Below, one piece after another: positions 43,823 through 53,676 of a stretch of DNA of 57,833 nucleotides. Origin of the DNA: a virus. Lineage: Duplodnaviria > Caudoviricetes. The notes beneath the pieces are model-generated. The model was not told the DNA's origin. It saw only the letters and a list, made by a program, of their open reading frames with translations, and ran no database searches. The DNA lies in IMG/VR virus record IMGVR_UViG_3300033145_000723, positions 1 through 57,833 of that record. The stretch is one strand, 5' to 3'. The translations under genes were made by a program, and so were the position numbers. Each line of letters begins with the position of its first letter. Within the stretch, counting starts at the first letter, position 1.

Positions 43823-45836
43823 CTATCCTGATTTGAAAGGCTTTGAACAACACGGTGTGCTTTTCACTTCTGTCCAGGGAGGTCAAGCAATTGGTTCATG
43901 CCCTCTATGCAGGAAAAGTGATAAGTTCTTCGTGAACGTAAAGAATAAATTATGGGATTGCAAACGTTGTGGGTTGAAAGGAAATCTCCAAAAGTTCTTT
44001 GCAGAAGTTCAAGCGCGTAAAGAAACAAAGAATGATATTGTGGTAAGAAAAAGGTTAGCTGCTGACAGAGGATTAAATTCTCTCACCCTAAAAAGGTGGG
44101 GGGTACGTTTCGATGGGAAGCAATTCACAATCCCTGTGACAGATGCAACCGGAAAAGTAATTGACCTTCGCCGGTATAAGATTGGTGGAAAAGCCATGGC
44201 TTCAAAAGGTGGGAAGTCTGGACTCCTTACACCAAAGGAAAAGTACAACTCGTCAACCGTTTGGATATGTGAAGGTGAATGGGATTCCATGGCACTTGAA
44301 GAAGCTCTACGAAAGATCAAAGTGAAACAAGATGTCTATGGAATTTGTGGAGCAGGGAATTTTCCAAAAGGAATGGCTGACCACTTTGCCAGGAAAAATG
44401 TCATCTTCGTTTTTGATAATGATGAACCTGGAAACAGAGGAATGACTCGCGCGTGGAATCTCTTAGAGGGATTCGCAGAGAAACGTCAATGCGTCAAATG
44501 GTCAGAGAGTTTACCAGAAGGATTCGACGTGCGAGACCTTTACCTTGAGGAAAAGCGTAGGGGCAAGACTACTCTCAATAAGCTAAAGAAGATGCTTGTT
44601 TCAACCCCTCCAGTAGACGCCACAGCAACCACACAAGCGACTTTAGACGAAAAAGAGCCTACCGGGAGGGGTAAGGGTCCAAAGTTCGCTGAGAAGGCGT
44701 TTTCTAAGTGGTTAGACATGCCAGGATATGAGGTTTTAGATGTATTATTCGGATCGATCTTTGCCAATCGAATTGATGCTGATCCTCTATGGATGTTTCT
44801 GGTTGCTCCTAGCGGTGGAATGAAAAGTGAATTGCTAATGAGTTTGTCAGAAGCTCCGAAGATTTTCTGTACCACAAGCATCACACCGCATGCACTTATC
44901 AGCGGCGCAAACTTTGGAGGGGGTGACCCTAGTCTGATTCCAAAACTTTTGGGGAAGTGTTTAATCATCAAAGATTTCACAGCAATCTTGACTTTGAATC
45001 AAATGGCACGAGATGAAATCCTTGGCATTCTCCGCGATGCTTATGATGGAAGAACAGAAAAGGTTTTTGGCAACAATGTCATTCGTCGTTATCGTGGAAA
45101 GTTTGGAATTGTTGCGGGAGTGACACCAAAGATCGATGACCCCATGCATCAAATGAGTATTCTGGGGGAGAGGTTTATTAAGTATCGGATTCGGCAAAGG
45201 GGAAAAATTAACGTAGGGAGGAACGCGATTCGAAGAGCGTTAGATAACATCACAAAAGAAAGTAATATGCGTCAAGACTTGATGGATGCTGCTGCACAAG
45301 TTCTTGATCGTTCAGTTACCGAAGAGGATACGCCAGACCTTCCAGACTGGTTCAAGGATAAAGCTCTTGAGCTTGGTCAATGGGTAAGTGCCATGAGAGG
45401 TTGTGTGAGTCGAGACCGATTCAGTCAACGAGTGATGTTCAAACCTACCGCTGAAATTGGAACACGACTTGCAAAGCAATTTTGCATTCTTGGTTTAGGA
45501 ATTGGTGTCTATCGCAGAAAGAAAGTGTTAGATGATGATATCTACAAAATCATTCGCCACGTTGCGAGAGACACGGCACCCGATCAAGTGGAAGAGATTA
45601 TCAAGCAGATGTATGTCAACCTGGATGACGAATATGGCACCACGGATGAAATCGCGCGGCTCACTCGTCAACCGGTTGAGACCTGCAGGTATCTCCTTCA
45701 GGATTTGAATTTGCTCCATGTGGTCACTGCAGGAAAGAGACGCAGAGGAACTTGGAAATTGCATAGCAGTTTGTTAAAGATGATGAAAAACATCGGTCTC
45801 TATGGAGAGGAGAAAGCGTGGAAGAAAGAGAAATGA
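43803..45836 (+). CDS. Primase-helicase fusion (Zn finger + TOPRIM + AAA+/MCM-like ATPase + wHTH)
   Basis: CPLC..C..C, ICEGEWD, FDND..G, GFDVRD; APSGGMKS, IIKDF, LRDAYDG, GERF. Confidence 0.88.
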   Translation: MSKVVNDYPDLKGFEQHGVLFTSVQGGQAIGSCPLCRKSDKFFVNVKNKLWDCKRCGLKGNLQKFFAEVQARKETKNDIVVRKRLAADRGLNSLTLKRWGVRFDGKQFTIPVTDATGKVIDLRRYKIGGKAMASKGGKSGLLTPKEKYNSSTVWICEGEWDSMALEEALRKIKVKQDVYGICGAGNFPKGMADHFARKNVIFVFDNDEPGNRGMTRAWNLLEGFAEKRQCVKWSESLPEGFDVRDLYLEEKRRGKTTLNKLKKMLVSTPPVDATATTQATLDEKEPTGRGKGPKFAEKAFSKWLDMPGYEVLDVLFGSIFANRIDADPLWMFLVAPSGGMKSELLMSLSEAPKIFCTTSITPHALISGANFGGGDPSLIPKLLGKCLIIKDFTAILTLNQMARDEILGILRDAYDGRTEKVFGNNVIRRYRGKFGIVAGVTPKIDDPMHQMSILGERFIKYRIRQRGKINVGRNAIRRALDNITKESNMRQDLMDAAAQVLDRSVTEEDTPDLPDWFKDKALELGQWVSAMRGCVSRDRFSQRVMFKPTAEIGTRLAKQFCILGLGIGVYRRKKVLDDDIYKIIRHVARDTAPDQVEEIIKQMYVNLDDEYGTTDEIARLTRQPVETCRYLLQDLNLLHVVTAGKRRRGTWKLHSSLLKMMKNIGLYGEEKAWKKEK

Positions 45837-46033
45837 TTATTTACACTCAAGATGGTTGTCGGAATTGCGATGAAGTCAAGAAACGATTTCCAAATGCAAC
45901 AGTGAAAATGGCAAGTGAACTTGCTGAGGAAGATCGGATCGAAATCATCATGGCTTCAAATGGTGTTCTGCCTATTCTAAAAGTTGATGGCATTTTCTGG
46001 GGTTACCTTGGTAGAGATTGGGGGGTTGAGTAA
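45833..46033 (+). CDS. Glutaredoxin/NrdH-like protein
   Basis: IYTQDGCRNC...LPILKVDG. Confidence 0.8.
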   Translation: MIIYTQDGCRNCDEVKKRFPNATVKMASELAEEDRIEIIMASNGVLPILKVDGIFWGYLGRDWGVE

Positions 46034-46318
46034 ATGCGGGACAAATGGTACTTGAGCAAAGAAGATGTTTTAATCGGTTTCCGTTTCGATGCAATAAGAA
46101 ATGAATTGATGATGGGAGGGAAGGCAAGATTCGTTCCTCAGATGCGGGAGATCGCAAGACTCCTGGAGTTACCTGAAAGCATGGGTCTTCATACAAAGGA
46201 ATGCCAGAACCGTGTCAAAATGTTTTACGGTAGCGTCAAGGAAGTGGACATGGAAATTCTTCGGAAAGATGGTTGGCTCCTCACATCTACAAAAAGCTTT
46301 CGGAGACTCACGAGATGA
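46034..46318 (+). CDS. Hypothetical protein
   Basis: 94-aa ORF. Confidence 0.6.
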   Translation: MRDKWYLSKEDVLIGFRFDAIRNELMMGGKARFVPQMREIARLLELPESMGLHTKECQNRVKMFYGSVKEVDMEILRKDGWLLTSTKSFRRLTR

Positions 46319-46692
46319 AGAAGAAGTTTGTAGTCAAAAAGAAAAAGTTTCAGGTGAAGAGGAAAGAGAAAACTGATTCGTTACCCATGTCTTTTGAGTG
46401 GAAACATTGTGATCTCAAAGTACGAAGTGCTGATGATGGAAGCTTCTTCTTCAGCATTTGTGTAGATGGTCATATGTGGATCGATGGACGTTTACTCCGT
46501 GAGATGCCAGACGCTAACCGCATCCATTTATTTCCCCACCTCCAGAAAGAATTGGGGTGGCCCTATGACAAAAAGATTTTCAAGAAGCTTGAAGCATTCG
46601 ACAAGGCATGTAGGGAAAGAGAAAAAGCAAATAAGGATGGAGGAAAATGCCAAAGGTTAGGAAAAAGTATCAAGTCAAGAAAAAGAAAATGA
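46315..46692 (+). CDS. Hypothetical protein with KKKFVVKKKKFQVK N-terminus
   Basis: ATGA-coupled ORF. Confidence 0.65.
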   Translation: MKKKFVVKKKKFQVKRKEKTDSLPMSFEWKHCDLKVRSADDGSFFFSICVDGHMWIDGRLLREMPDANRIHLFPHLQKELGWPYDKKIFKKLEAFDKACREREKANKDGGKCQRLGKSIKSRKRK

Positions 46693-46904
46693 AGAAGCAA
46701 TCAACTAAGAAAACTACCATCGGCGGGTGCATGCTCTCAATCATTACGCGTAAAGTTGCACCAGATAACCCTCAAATTATTCTGGAGAATGATAAAGGTG
46801 AAGCGTTACTAATATTGAATGGTAGAGGTTTAGTCGATGGGCAATGTACATGGGCAACCGCTGGAGTTGCACTCAGGAAAAAGCTAGAGAGGATTTACGG
46901 ATGA
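46647..46904 (+). CDS. Hypothetical protein with basic N-terminus
   Basis: SD GGAGG. Confidence 0.65.
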   Translation: MPKVRKKYQVKKKKMKKQSTKKTTIGGCMLSIITRKVAPDNPQIILENDKGEALLILNGRGLVDGQCTWATAGVALRKKLERIYG

Positions 46905-47620
46905 CACTTTTTTCAAAAGCAAACCTTGTCGTGAGTCAAGTGGCAAGTAAAGACAAATTCGACAAGGGATTAAGTGGAGTGCAATTTGAACCAGATGGTT
47001 CCACCGTTGCAGGGAACGGTAGAGTCCTCATGGCAGTTGGACCCGCGAACGAAGACAAGATTCATTTTCCAGATGTAGGAGAGCGCGACTCTCCTGGAAA
47101 AAGTGGCGTGGTCCTGAGTGTTAATTTTGTCACTGAGGCGTTAAAGAATCTTCCAAAGGACAAACGAATTTCTCTTCAACATGTTGCTATGACAAAAGCA
47201 AAGAGTTCAGGAAAGAAAGAGTTCACTTGTATTACTGGGGGAGGGTTGGAGCGGAGAGTTGCCGATAAACCTATGCGGGAGGTGTACCCGAATTGGAAAG
47301 GTGTCATCAAAAAGGTTCGCGGTGATGATCCTGTCAAAGTTTGTGTTAATCGGCGTGACTTGATCGATCTTCTAAAAGCTCTTGAGTCTGCTTGCCCAGA
47401 TAAAGGAAATGAAAATCCACTCTTCCTTGAGATCAACAAAGGAATTGTTCTTCGATGCTTTAACCGGGAGACCGGTCAACATGCTATCGGCGCTATCAAT
47501 GCTTTCAACACTCAAGGGCATTGGATGGAACGCGACGAATGGGAGAAGAGTATTTTTCAAAAGAACATGTTACCAAAGCGGAAGAAATTCACCGTCAAGA
47601 AAAGGGGAGAGAAGAAATGA
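46901..47620 (+). CDS. DNA sliding clamp (beta-clamp)-like protein
   Basis: LSGVQFE...TVAGNGRVL...YPNWKGVI...VCVNRRDLIDLLK resembles LNGV...VATDGHRL...YPNYR.VI...V.VNR..L of DnaN. Confidence 0.72.
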   Translation: MTLFSKANLVVSQVASKDKFDKGLSGVQFEPDGSTVAGNGRVLMAVGPANEDKIHFPDVGERDSPGKSGVVLSVNFVTEALKNLPKDKRISLQHVAMTKAKSSGKKEFTCITGGGLERRVADKPMREVYPNWKGVIKKVRGDDPVKVCVNRRDLIDLLKALESACPDKGNENPLFLEINKGIVLRCFNRETGQHAIGAINAFNTQGHWMERDEWEKSIFQKNMLPKRKKFTVKKRGEKK

Positions 47621-48645
47621 AACGTGCACTCATTACTGGAATCACTGGACAAGATGGAAGCTATCTAACCGAATTACTTCTGGGGAAAGGGTACGAGGTT
47701 CACGGTATCATTCGCAGAGCGTCGAACTTTAATACGCAAAGAATTGAACACCTCTATGAAGACAGTCATGAAAAAGGTGTAAGACTTTTTCTTCACTTCG
47801 GTGACATGGCAGATGGAAACGGACTTCATAAAATTGTGAATGAAGTTGAACCACATGAAGTTTACAACCTTGCAGCGCAAAGTCATGTTGCAGTCAGTTT
47901 TAAGCAACCAGAATATACCGCTAACATTGTGGCAACAGGAACACTCAGGTTACTTGAAGCAGTTTGGCAATTTGAAAAAGCAAGAAAACAAGCAGTCAGA
48001 TTTTACCAAGCGGGAACGAGTGAGATGTTTGGTAACGGAACAACAGTTCAAAATGAATCCACTCGGTTCAATCCCTGCAGTCCCTACGCAATCAGTAAAG
48101 TTGCGGCGCATCATTATTGCGTGAACTACCGAGAGGCACACGGTATGTTTGTCTGTAATGGCATCCTCTTCAATCACGAGAGTCCAAGACGCGGTGAAAC
48201 TTTTCTTACCAGGAAAATCACTCGCGCAATGACTCGCATCCGTGTGGGAATCCAAGATGAAATTTACCTTGGAGATTTAACAACGGAACGCGATTGGGGT
48301 CATGCAAAAGATTACGTGCTGGCAATGTGGCTTATGCTACAGCAAGATTGTCCAAACGATTATGTTATTGCAACTGGAGAAGCGCATACCGGACAAGAGT
48401 TCTTAGAGTTTGTTTGTGATATTCTGGAGCTTAACTGGAGAAAGTACTTTCGGTTTGATGAACGGTACTGTAGACCTCGTGACGTTTACTCCCTCTGTGG
48501 TGACGCAGAGAAAGCACGAAGGTGCCTGAATTGGAAACCAGAAATTCCTTATGGAAACATGGTTGCTGAAATGGTTGCGCAGGATATGAAGCTTGCGCTT
48601 GAAGAAAAGTTGACTATTGAAAACTTTGGAGACGAAACGAAATGA
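47617..48645 (+). CDS. gmd: GDP-mannose 4,6-dehydratase
   Basis: ALITGITGQDGSYL, YNLAAQSHV, YQAGTSEMFG, PCSPYAISK, NGILFNHESPRRGETF, RDWGHAKDYV. Confidence 0.98.
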   Translation: MKRALITGITGQDGSYLTELLLGKGYEVHGIIRRASNFNTQRIEHLYEDSHEKGVRLFLHFGDMADGNGLHKIVNEVEPHEVYNLAAQSHVAVSFKQPEYTANIVATGTLRLLEAVWQFEKARKQAVRFYQAGTSEMFGNGTTVQNESTRFNPCSPYAISKVAAHHYCVNYREAHGMFVCNGILFNHESPRRGETFLTRKITRAMTRIRVGIQDEIYLGDLTTERDWGHAKDYVLAMWLMLQQDCPNDYVIATGEAHTGQEFLEFVCDILELNWRKYFRFDERYCRPRDVYSLCGDAEKARRCLNWKPEIPYGNMVAEMVAQDMKLALEEKLTIENFGDETK

Positions 48646-49124
48646 TTATTCCCAATGGCATCAAATTTTTTGACACAGAAGACGAAGCAGTAGAGGAAAG
48701 CCAACGCGCTGTTGCACTACTTCCTGATGACTGGAGGCATTCAACAGCACAAGCAGTCAATAAAAAAGGAGAGGTAGAACAAAGTTGGTCCTACTCCCTA
48801 CTGTCAAAAAATGGAAAGATTATGATCTATCCGCATATTGATGGTGGATGGATTGGAATGTTATGGAGAGCAGGGAGTCAATCCATCACTGGACCTATGG
48901 ACCATCCTGGGAAAGTGGCGATGGGTTGCGGGGTCAAACTTCGTGCCGCCGTTCAGAGCAATGTTATTTTCCTCCAGATTATTTGTGAAGAATTGCGAGG
49001 ATTAGAGAAATTTGAAAAGGAGATGCAAGCATGGTTGGAAACACCCGACGAAGACTTACCCCCAGACAACGAGCAGTCCAACGAGAACGATACAACCTCT
49101 TCGGAAGCGTCACCCTCCCTATAA
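48642..49124 (+). CDS. Hypothetical protein
   Basis: 160-aa ORF coupled to gmd. Confidence 0.65.
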   Translation: MIIPNGIKFFDTEDEAVEESQRAVALLPDDWRHSTAQAVNKKGEVEQSWSYSLLSKNGKIMIYPHIDGGWIGMLWRAGSQSITGPMDHPGKVAMGCGVKLRAAVQSNVIFLQIICEELRGLEKFEKEMQAWLETPDEDLPPDNEQSNENDTTSSEASPSL

Positions 49125-49236
49125 AGATGGAGCAACTGAGGAAAAGAGTAAAGCGGTACGATCCTGGAATAATGGTTGGAGTGGGTGATGTGGAAACGAA
49201 ACAGGTGTTAGAAAAGATGGAGGAAAGGAAAAAGGA

Positions 49237-49752
49237 ATGACGAAAGAATACCACGGCCACAAGTTGAGGTACGAGGGCTATATTTGTGGGGATGAGCGAG
49301 TTGACTTCCTGTCAAGAGATACGAGATTTGATTACGCACAAGACCTCACCCGCCAGCTTCTCCGCGACCTCGCGCCGCAGGGTTGGGTTAGCTACAGGAA
49401 ATACAATAGTGTATGGCATGTCGATTATTCTGGCATCACTTCTTGCGGAGTAATGGATGATGGGCATCCCTACAATGTTCGCATCAAGCTCGACGCAGAC
49501 GGCGAGGTGCCTGTGGTGGAGAAGGGAGATGGTACAACTTGGGGACCGATTGACGGAGTAAGATACAAACAACAATCACCCGTAGAGAAGCTGATAGCGC
49601 GTGGCTTAGGTGATTACAGCCAATTCACGCACAACACTCTTTTACAAAGGGACGTTGGAAAGCTTGCGCGGATCGTGGAGGTCTTACTTGTGGACACATA
49701 TCCAACAAGTGACACACACGAGAAGATCAACCGTATAGCAGAGGGAGAGTGA
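49237..49752 (+). CDS. Hypothetical protein
   Basis: 171-aa ORF. Confidence 0.65.
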   Translation: MTKEYHGHKLRYEGYICGDERVDFLSRDTRFDYAQDLTRQLLRDLAPQGWVSYRKYNSVWHVDYSGITSCGVMDDGHPYNVRIKLDADGEVPVVEKGDGTTWGPIDGVRYKQQSPVEKLIARGLGDYSQFTHNTLLQRDVGKLARIVEVLLVDTYPTSDTHEKINRIAEGE

Positions 49753-50126
49753 TGTTTGATGATCCTGCATTCTGGAACGAGGTTAAAGCAGATGAATCTA
49801 TGCTATTCCCAGAAGTGAAAAAAGAGAGTTGGAAAGAACGCTTGATAAGAATTATCTTCAAGCAACGCTACACTTTTATGAGTCCAATTCGGTACGTAGC
49901 TATCTGGTGGAAGAGTAGACAAGAACAGCCAAAGTATTACATGGATGCAAGGTTGCGCGTTGACAATTGGGGACGCAGTATTCAAACCACTTACATTTAT
50001 GCTGATAAGTGGCGTTTAATCCTTTTGGATGTTGTCTCAGTAACAATGACCGATGTGAACAGGGGAAAGCGTCCACCGTTTATTATTATTGATGATCCAA
50101 TGCCGGAGGAAAAGAAAGATGGGTGA
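49749..50126 (+). CDS. Hypothetical protein
   Basis: 125-aa ORF. Confidence 0.6.
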   Translation: MMFDDPAFWNEVKADESMLFPEVKKESWKERLIRIIFKQRYTFMSPIRYVAIWWKSRQEQPKYYMDARLRVDNWGRSIQTTYIYADKWRLILLDVVSVTMTDVNRGKRPPFIIIDDPMPEEKKDG

Positions 50127-50559
50127 AGCATGCAGCTTTTTGTATATCTCTGGATCGCCGGATGAAGTGTTGACTTTTGAGGTGAACGAAATTTGTAAGG
50201 CTGAAGCACTTCATTATTGTTTTGAATGTCAACAGCAGATTTTAGTCGGTCAAAGGTTTGAGTTCCATCGTGGCTACTACTTCGAGACAAAGAAAGGAGT
50301 ACGCGAAAAACGATACAAGCTCTATCGAACTTGTCTTCACTGTGTAAGTATCAAGAAAGTATTTTTCTGTGAAGACTATCGGTATGGGCGCGTCTTGTAT
50401 GACTTGCGAGAGCATCTTGAAAAAATCAACGGAAACGTATCAACGAAATGCATGAGTGGCTTAACAGCAAAAGCAAAACGGCGTGTTGTCGTTATGGTTC
50501 AAAATGTTTGGGATGCAATAGAAAAAGAAGAGAGGAGAGAACTTGCGGCGACAGTATGA
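50119..50559 (+). CDS. Zinc-finger phage protein
   Basis: HYCFECQQQILVG...YRTCLHC motif. Confidence 0.75.
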   Translation: MGEACSFLYISGSPDEVLTFEVNEICKAEALHYCFECQQQILVGQRFEFHRGYYFETKKGVREKRYKLYRTCLHCVSIKKVFFCEDYRYGRVLYDLREHLEKINGNVSTKCMSGLTAKAKRRVVVMVQNVWDAIEKEERRELAATV

Positions 50560-50965
50560 GGAAAGAATTGTACTCCATGGTGGTTTTGTTGCAATGCTCA
50601 CACCGGATGATGAAAATGAGTGGCGAGAGCATTTACTTGAGAACGTACCACAATTTGAACAGTGGATGCATCTCAGAACAGAATTAGATATGTTGAAACA
50701 CTCTCAAGGTCCAGAGGTAGTCGGTGAGATTCAAGTAATCAAAAACAACATGGAGGAAGCTACACAAATTTTGAATAGAACTATAGCAATTGAAAGAATT
50801 TTCTTTGAAGAGGCAAAGGTTTGGTGCTCTCGTTTGGAACAAAGAAAAGAAAAGGCAGACGCAGAGGCGAAAGAGGAGCGGCGCATTAAGCGACGGGAAG
50901 AGTTGAAGAAAGAAGCGGTTGACCTGGAAGAAAAGATATTGGATTTTGTTCCTGATGATGGCTAA
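50543..50965 (+). CDS. Hypothetical coiled-coil protein
   Basis: 140-aa ORF, last plus-strand gene. Confidence 0.65.
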   Translation: MRRQYEERIVLHGGFVAMLTPDDENEWREHLLENVPQFEQWMHLRTELDMLKHSQGPEVVGEIQVIKNNMEEATQILNRTIAIERIFFEEAKVWCSRLEQRKEKADAEAKEERRIKRREELKKEAVDLEEKILDFVPDDG

Positions 50966-50972
50966 AAATGAA

Positions 50973-51026
50973 GAGAGGGAGTCGGTTTTTGTTGCGTGGG
51001 TGCCTGGGAAGGCCCGACTCCCTCTC
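50973..51026. terminator. Hairpin at the convergence of plus- and minus-strand operons
   Basis: 13-bp perfect stem gagagggagtcgg / ccgactccctctc with a 28-nt loop. Confidence 0.7.
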
Positions 51027-51031
51027 AAATT

Positions 51032-51670
51032 TTATACCCAAACTGGTTTTCCGTTATCATCAAATTGCTGACCTACAAAACCTTCCCACGGTTCATGTTT
51101 AGGAAATGGTTGCGCGTCACCCCATGCCTTACGAATGGGTACAGACGAATGACGCAAGAGACTATTTTGAATCTGGGGTAAAACGATTCGCGCGAGTAAC
51201 TTCATATCACCAACTCGCGGAATCGGTCTCCTGAATCGCATCTTTAATGGGCAAGGTTGCGCGAGTACCTTCCCCATCACTCCCCACATCCCACCAAAAA
51301 TTGGAAGGCTTGCATGATGTACATGATCGTGCATGCAGTGAGCTTTCTTCCCTGATTGAATCCAATGTTCAACAGCTGCCGCCTCTCGCGGGTTAATGCG
51401 AGAGTCAGTATCACGGAAGATAACCCGCTCAACTTTCTCATCCCACGCTGGCAAAAACCTCCAAAGCATTCCAGAATGAAGATTACTCTTTCCCATCCTG
51501 TGAATCTCTACCCCTAACCTCTTCAATTTTGAAGTAGGAGTTCTGTCCTCACAATAGACAACCATTTTCCATCCTGGATAAACCGATGACATAAGTTTGG
51601 CGTTTTCGATAGCGCCTTGAACGTACATCGGTTTCTTGCCATAGACAGAAAAACTAACTACCTGTTTCAT
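51032..51670 (-). CDS. Putative GT-A glycosyltransferase (paralogue of 52271-52912)
   Basis: SFSVYG, GAIENA, YPGW, GMLWRFLP, IFRDTDSR (DxD), MHDH.HH, GGMWG. Confidence 0.7.
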   Translation of the reverse strand: MKQVVSFSVYGKKPMYVQGAIENAKLMSSVYPGWKMVVYCEDRTPTSKLKRLGVEIHRMGKSNLHSGMLWRFLPAWDEKVERVIFRDTDSRINPREAAAVEHWIQSGKKAHCMHDHVHHASLPIFGGMWGVMGKVLAQPCPLKMRFRRPIPRVGDMKLLARIVLPQIQNSLLRHSSVPIRKAWGDAQPFPKHEPWEGFVGQQFDDNGKPVWV

Positions 51671-52286
51671 ATCCCCATTCCTTTGCAACGGGTCCGCACT
51701 TCTCAGCCATCAATTCATATCCCCATGGAGGAATAATAGATCGCCAAAGACCAGGAGTTACGGTACCGATATGTCCTGGACCCATACGAAATCTATTCTC
51801 ACCTTTCACTACCGGTTGAGCACACCGCTTTCTATTCTTGTCCAAACTAAACTTATCCTTGATCGTGTCGCGTAAAGCCATCGGTACAATTTTGTTCAAT
51901 CGTTCCTCAATCAAATCGAAAATCAAATCGTAATTGTTGTAGAAATCCTCATAGCGTAGCAGAGCCATTTCAGGAAGTTCCTTAACCCATGCAGTAAGCG
52001 GAGCAAAATGTTTTATCATTTCATTTAACTCTGCATCAAGTCCTGCAAGATTCGCAATGTTGACAAGACCAGTTTGGTCTCTAAGTGTTCTATGTCTGAA
52101 TCGACTCGCACCAACATCGTAAGGATTTCGAATGGTCACAATAATGAAACTTCCATCCGGTTCCCATGCGGCGGGATGCGTCTTGCCAATTTTTACTTTT
52201 GGGAATACCTCACTGATTAACTGCCAAACCAACGTTGACCCTGAACGTGGAATTCCCCCTACTGTAATTTTCATATCTTCGGCCAT
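51654..52286 (-). CDS. Sulfotransferase (PAPS-dependent)
   Basis: GIPRSGST (5'-PSB loop), KTH, IRNPYD..AS (3'-PB), RYEDF, G.W. Confidence 0.88.
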   Translation of the reverse strand: MAEDMKITVGGIPRSGSTLVWQLISEVFPKVKIGKTHPAAWEPDGSFIIVTIRNPYDVGASRFRHRTLRDQTGLVNIANLAGLDAELNEMIKHFAPLTAWVKELPEMALLRYEDFYNNYDLIFDLIEERLNKIVPMALRDTIKDKFSLDKNRKRCAQPVVKGENRFRMGPGHIGTVTPGLWRSIIPPWGYELMAEKCGPVAKEWGYETGS

Positions 52287-52912
52287 ACTGCTTTCCCCCC
52301 ATCATCAAACTGCTGTCCAACGAAACCTCTCCATGACTTATGAGCAGGGAAAGGAAGATGTTCCCATTCAACGGGAACGGAACTATGCCGCATCAAACTA
52401 TTTTTTATGTGTGGCCAAATGTACAAACGCAAAAGATGCAAATCAGAAGTACCTCTTTCGAGGTGTGACATATAGCGAGTCCAAGGGTACATGATATTCG
52501 GGAGGATGTTCCCTTTCACTCCCATCATCCCACTCATCAAATACAAACTCTGGTGATGGGGATGGTCATGCATGCAATGTGCGTCTAGCCCAGAATTTTC
52601 CCATTCCATAACCGCCGCTGATTCTCGTGGTCCAATTCTGGAATCTGCATCTCGAAAAATAACTCTCTCCACCCCCTCCAGCCACGCCGGTAGAAATCGC
52701 CAAAGCATCCCAGAGTGAAGATGTGAAATTCCCATACGTTCGATAACACAACCTAACGCTTCAAGATCAGTTGTATCTACATCATCAGCAGCAAAAACTC
52801 GCATCTGCCACCCTGGATAAATTCGCGGCATGAGCTTTGCATTTTCTAATGCACCGTTAAGGTATCTTGGAGATTTCCCATAGAGAGGGAAACTCACAAT
52901 CTTCAAGCCCAT
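52271..52912 (-). CDS. Putative GT-A glycosyltransferase (paralogue of 51032-51670)
   Basis: SFPLYG, GALENA, YPGW, GMLWRFLP, IFRDADSR, MHDHPHH. Confidence 0.7.
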   Translation of the reverse strand: MGLKIVSFPLYGKSPRYLNGALENAKLMPRIYPGWQMRVFAADDVDTTDLEALGCVIERMGISHLHSGMLWRFLPAWLEGVERVIFRDADSRIGPRESAAVMEWENSGLDAHCMHDHPHHQSLYLMSGMMGVKGNILPNIMYPWTRYMSHLERGTSDLHLLRLYIWPHIKNSLMRHSSVPVEWEHLPFPAHKSWRGFVGQQFDDGGKAVWPKI

Positions 52913-53676
52913 TCCAAAATCCTTTCTCTCCAATAACCCATGTCCAATTTTTTCATAGAGTCATGCGAGAATCTCTCGTGTAGTTTTGCGTGCTCATTCA
53001 TCAAAAGTCTTTCAGTTACTTGCGCCCAATGATCAATTCTGAGGCAAGGCATATCTGCAAGGATATCTGTAGCTCGTGAACGAATCACAATAGGAATGGA
53101 GCCTAGTGCAATCGCTTCCCAATGCCTATGGCAATCCGGTCCTGCTCCTGGAGGTGAGATCGTGAACGGATGGTGCCTCATGTCTTGATAGAAAATATCT
53201 GCAGGGATATGTTCAAAGCCTCCCTTTGCTGTGATCCAAGGTCCCCCACCAAGAAGTTCATAGATTCCCTCGCGCGGATTTGGATTGCAAGGAATGTTTC
53301 TCAAGAAACACATGGTGCAAGTATTCACAGGCGGTTGCACTCCCAGAGAAATTTGATCTGAAAGAATCTGTTCTTTCTCTACGCTCTGGAGCATTCCAAT
53401 TGGAATTGCAGTAACCTTCGGATGCGTGGTCTCTACGTTATTCGAAAACCAATGCTCTACATTTTTCGGGAGACGGTTTGCCATTCGAGTTGTTACGATA
53501 GCATCTGAGAATGATGTAAGCAAAACGCAAGGCCCAAACGTAGAGAGTTGTTTGAACTGCTTCCTTATGGAATGCGTTCTGCAATAAACGAATCGACCTG
53601 GAAGCGCAATCTCTTGAGCATAGTTTGCTCCAGCGATATCCGCAACTCTCTGGTTATTGACTGGTTGAAAATTCAT
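52903..53676 (-). CDS. Exostosin/GT47-like glycosyltransferase
   Basis: HWFSNN, IPIG, FTISPPGAGPDCHRHWEAIALGSIPIV. Confidence 0.8.
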   Translation of the reverse strand: MNFQPVNNQRVADIAGANYAQEIALPGRFVYCRTHSIRKQFKQLSTFGPCVLLTSFSDAIVTTRMANRLPKNVEHWFSNNVETTHPKVTAIPIGMLQSVEKEQILSDQISLGVQPPVNTCTMCFLRNIPCNPNPREGIYELLGGGPWITAKGGFEHIPADIFYQDMRHHPFTISPPGAGPDCHRHWEAIALGSIPIVIRSRATDILADMPCLRIDHWAQVTERLLMNEHAKLHERFSHDSMKKLDMGYWRERILEWA

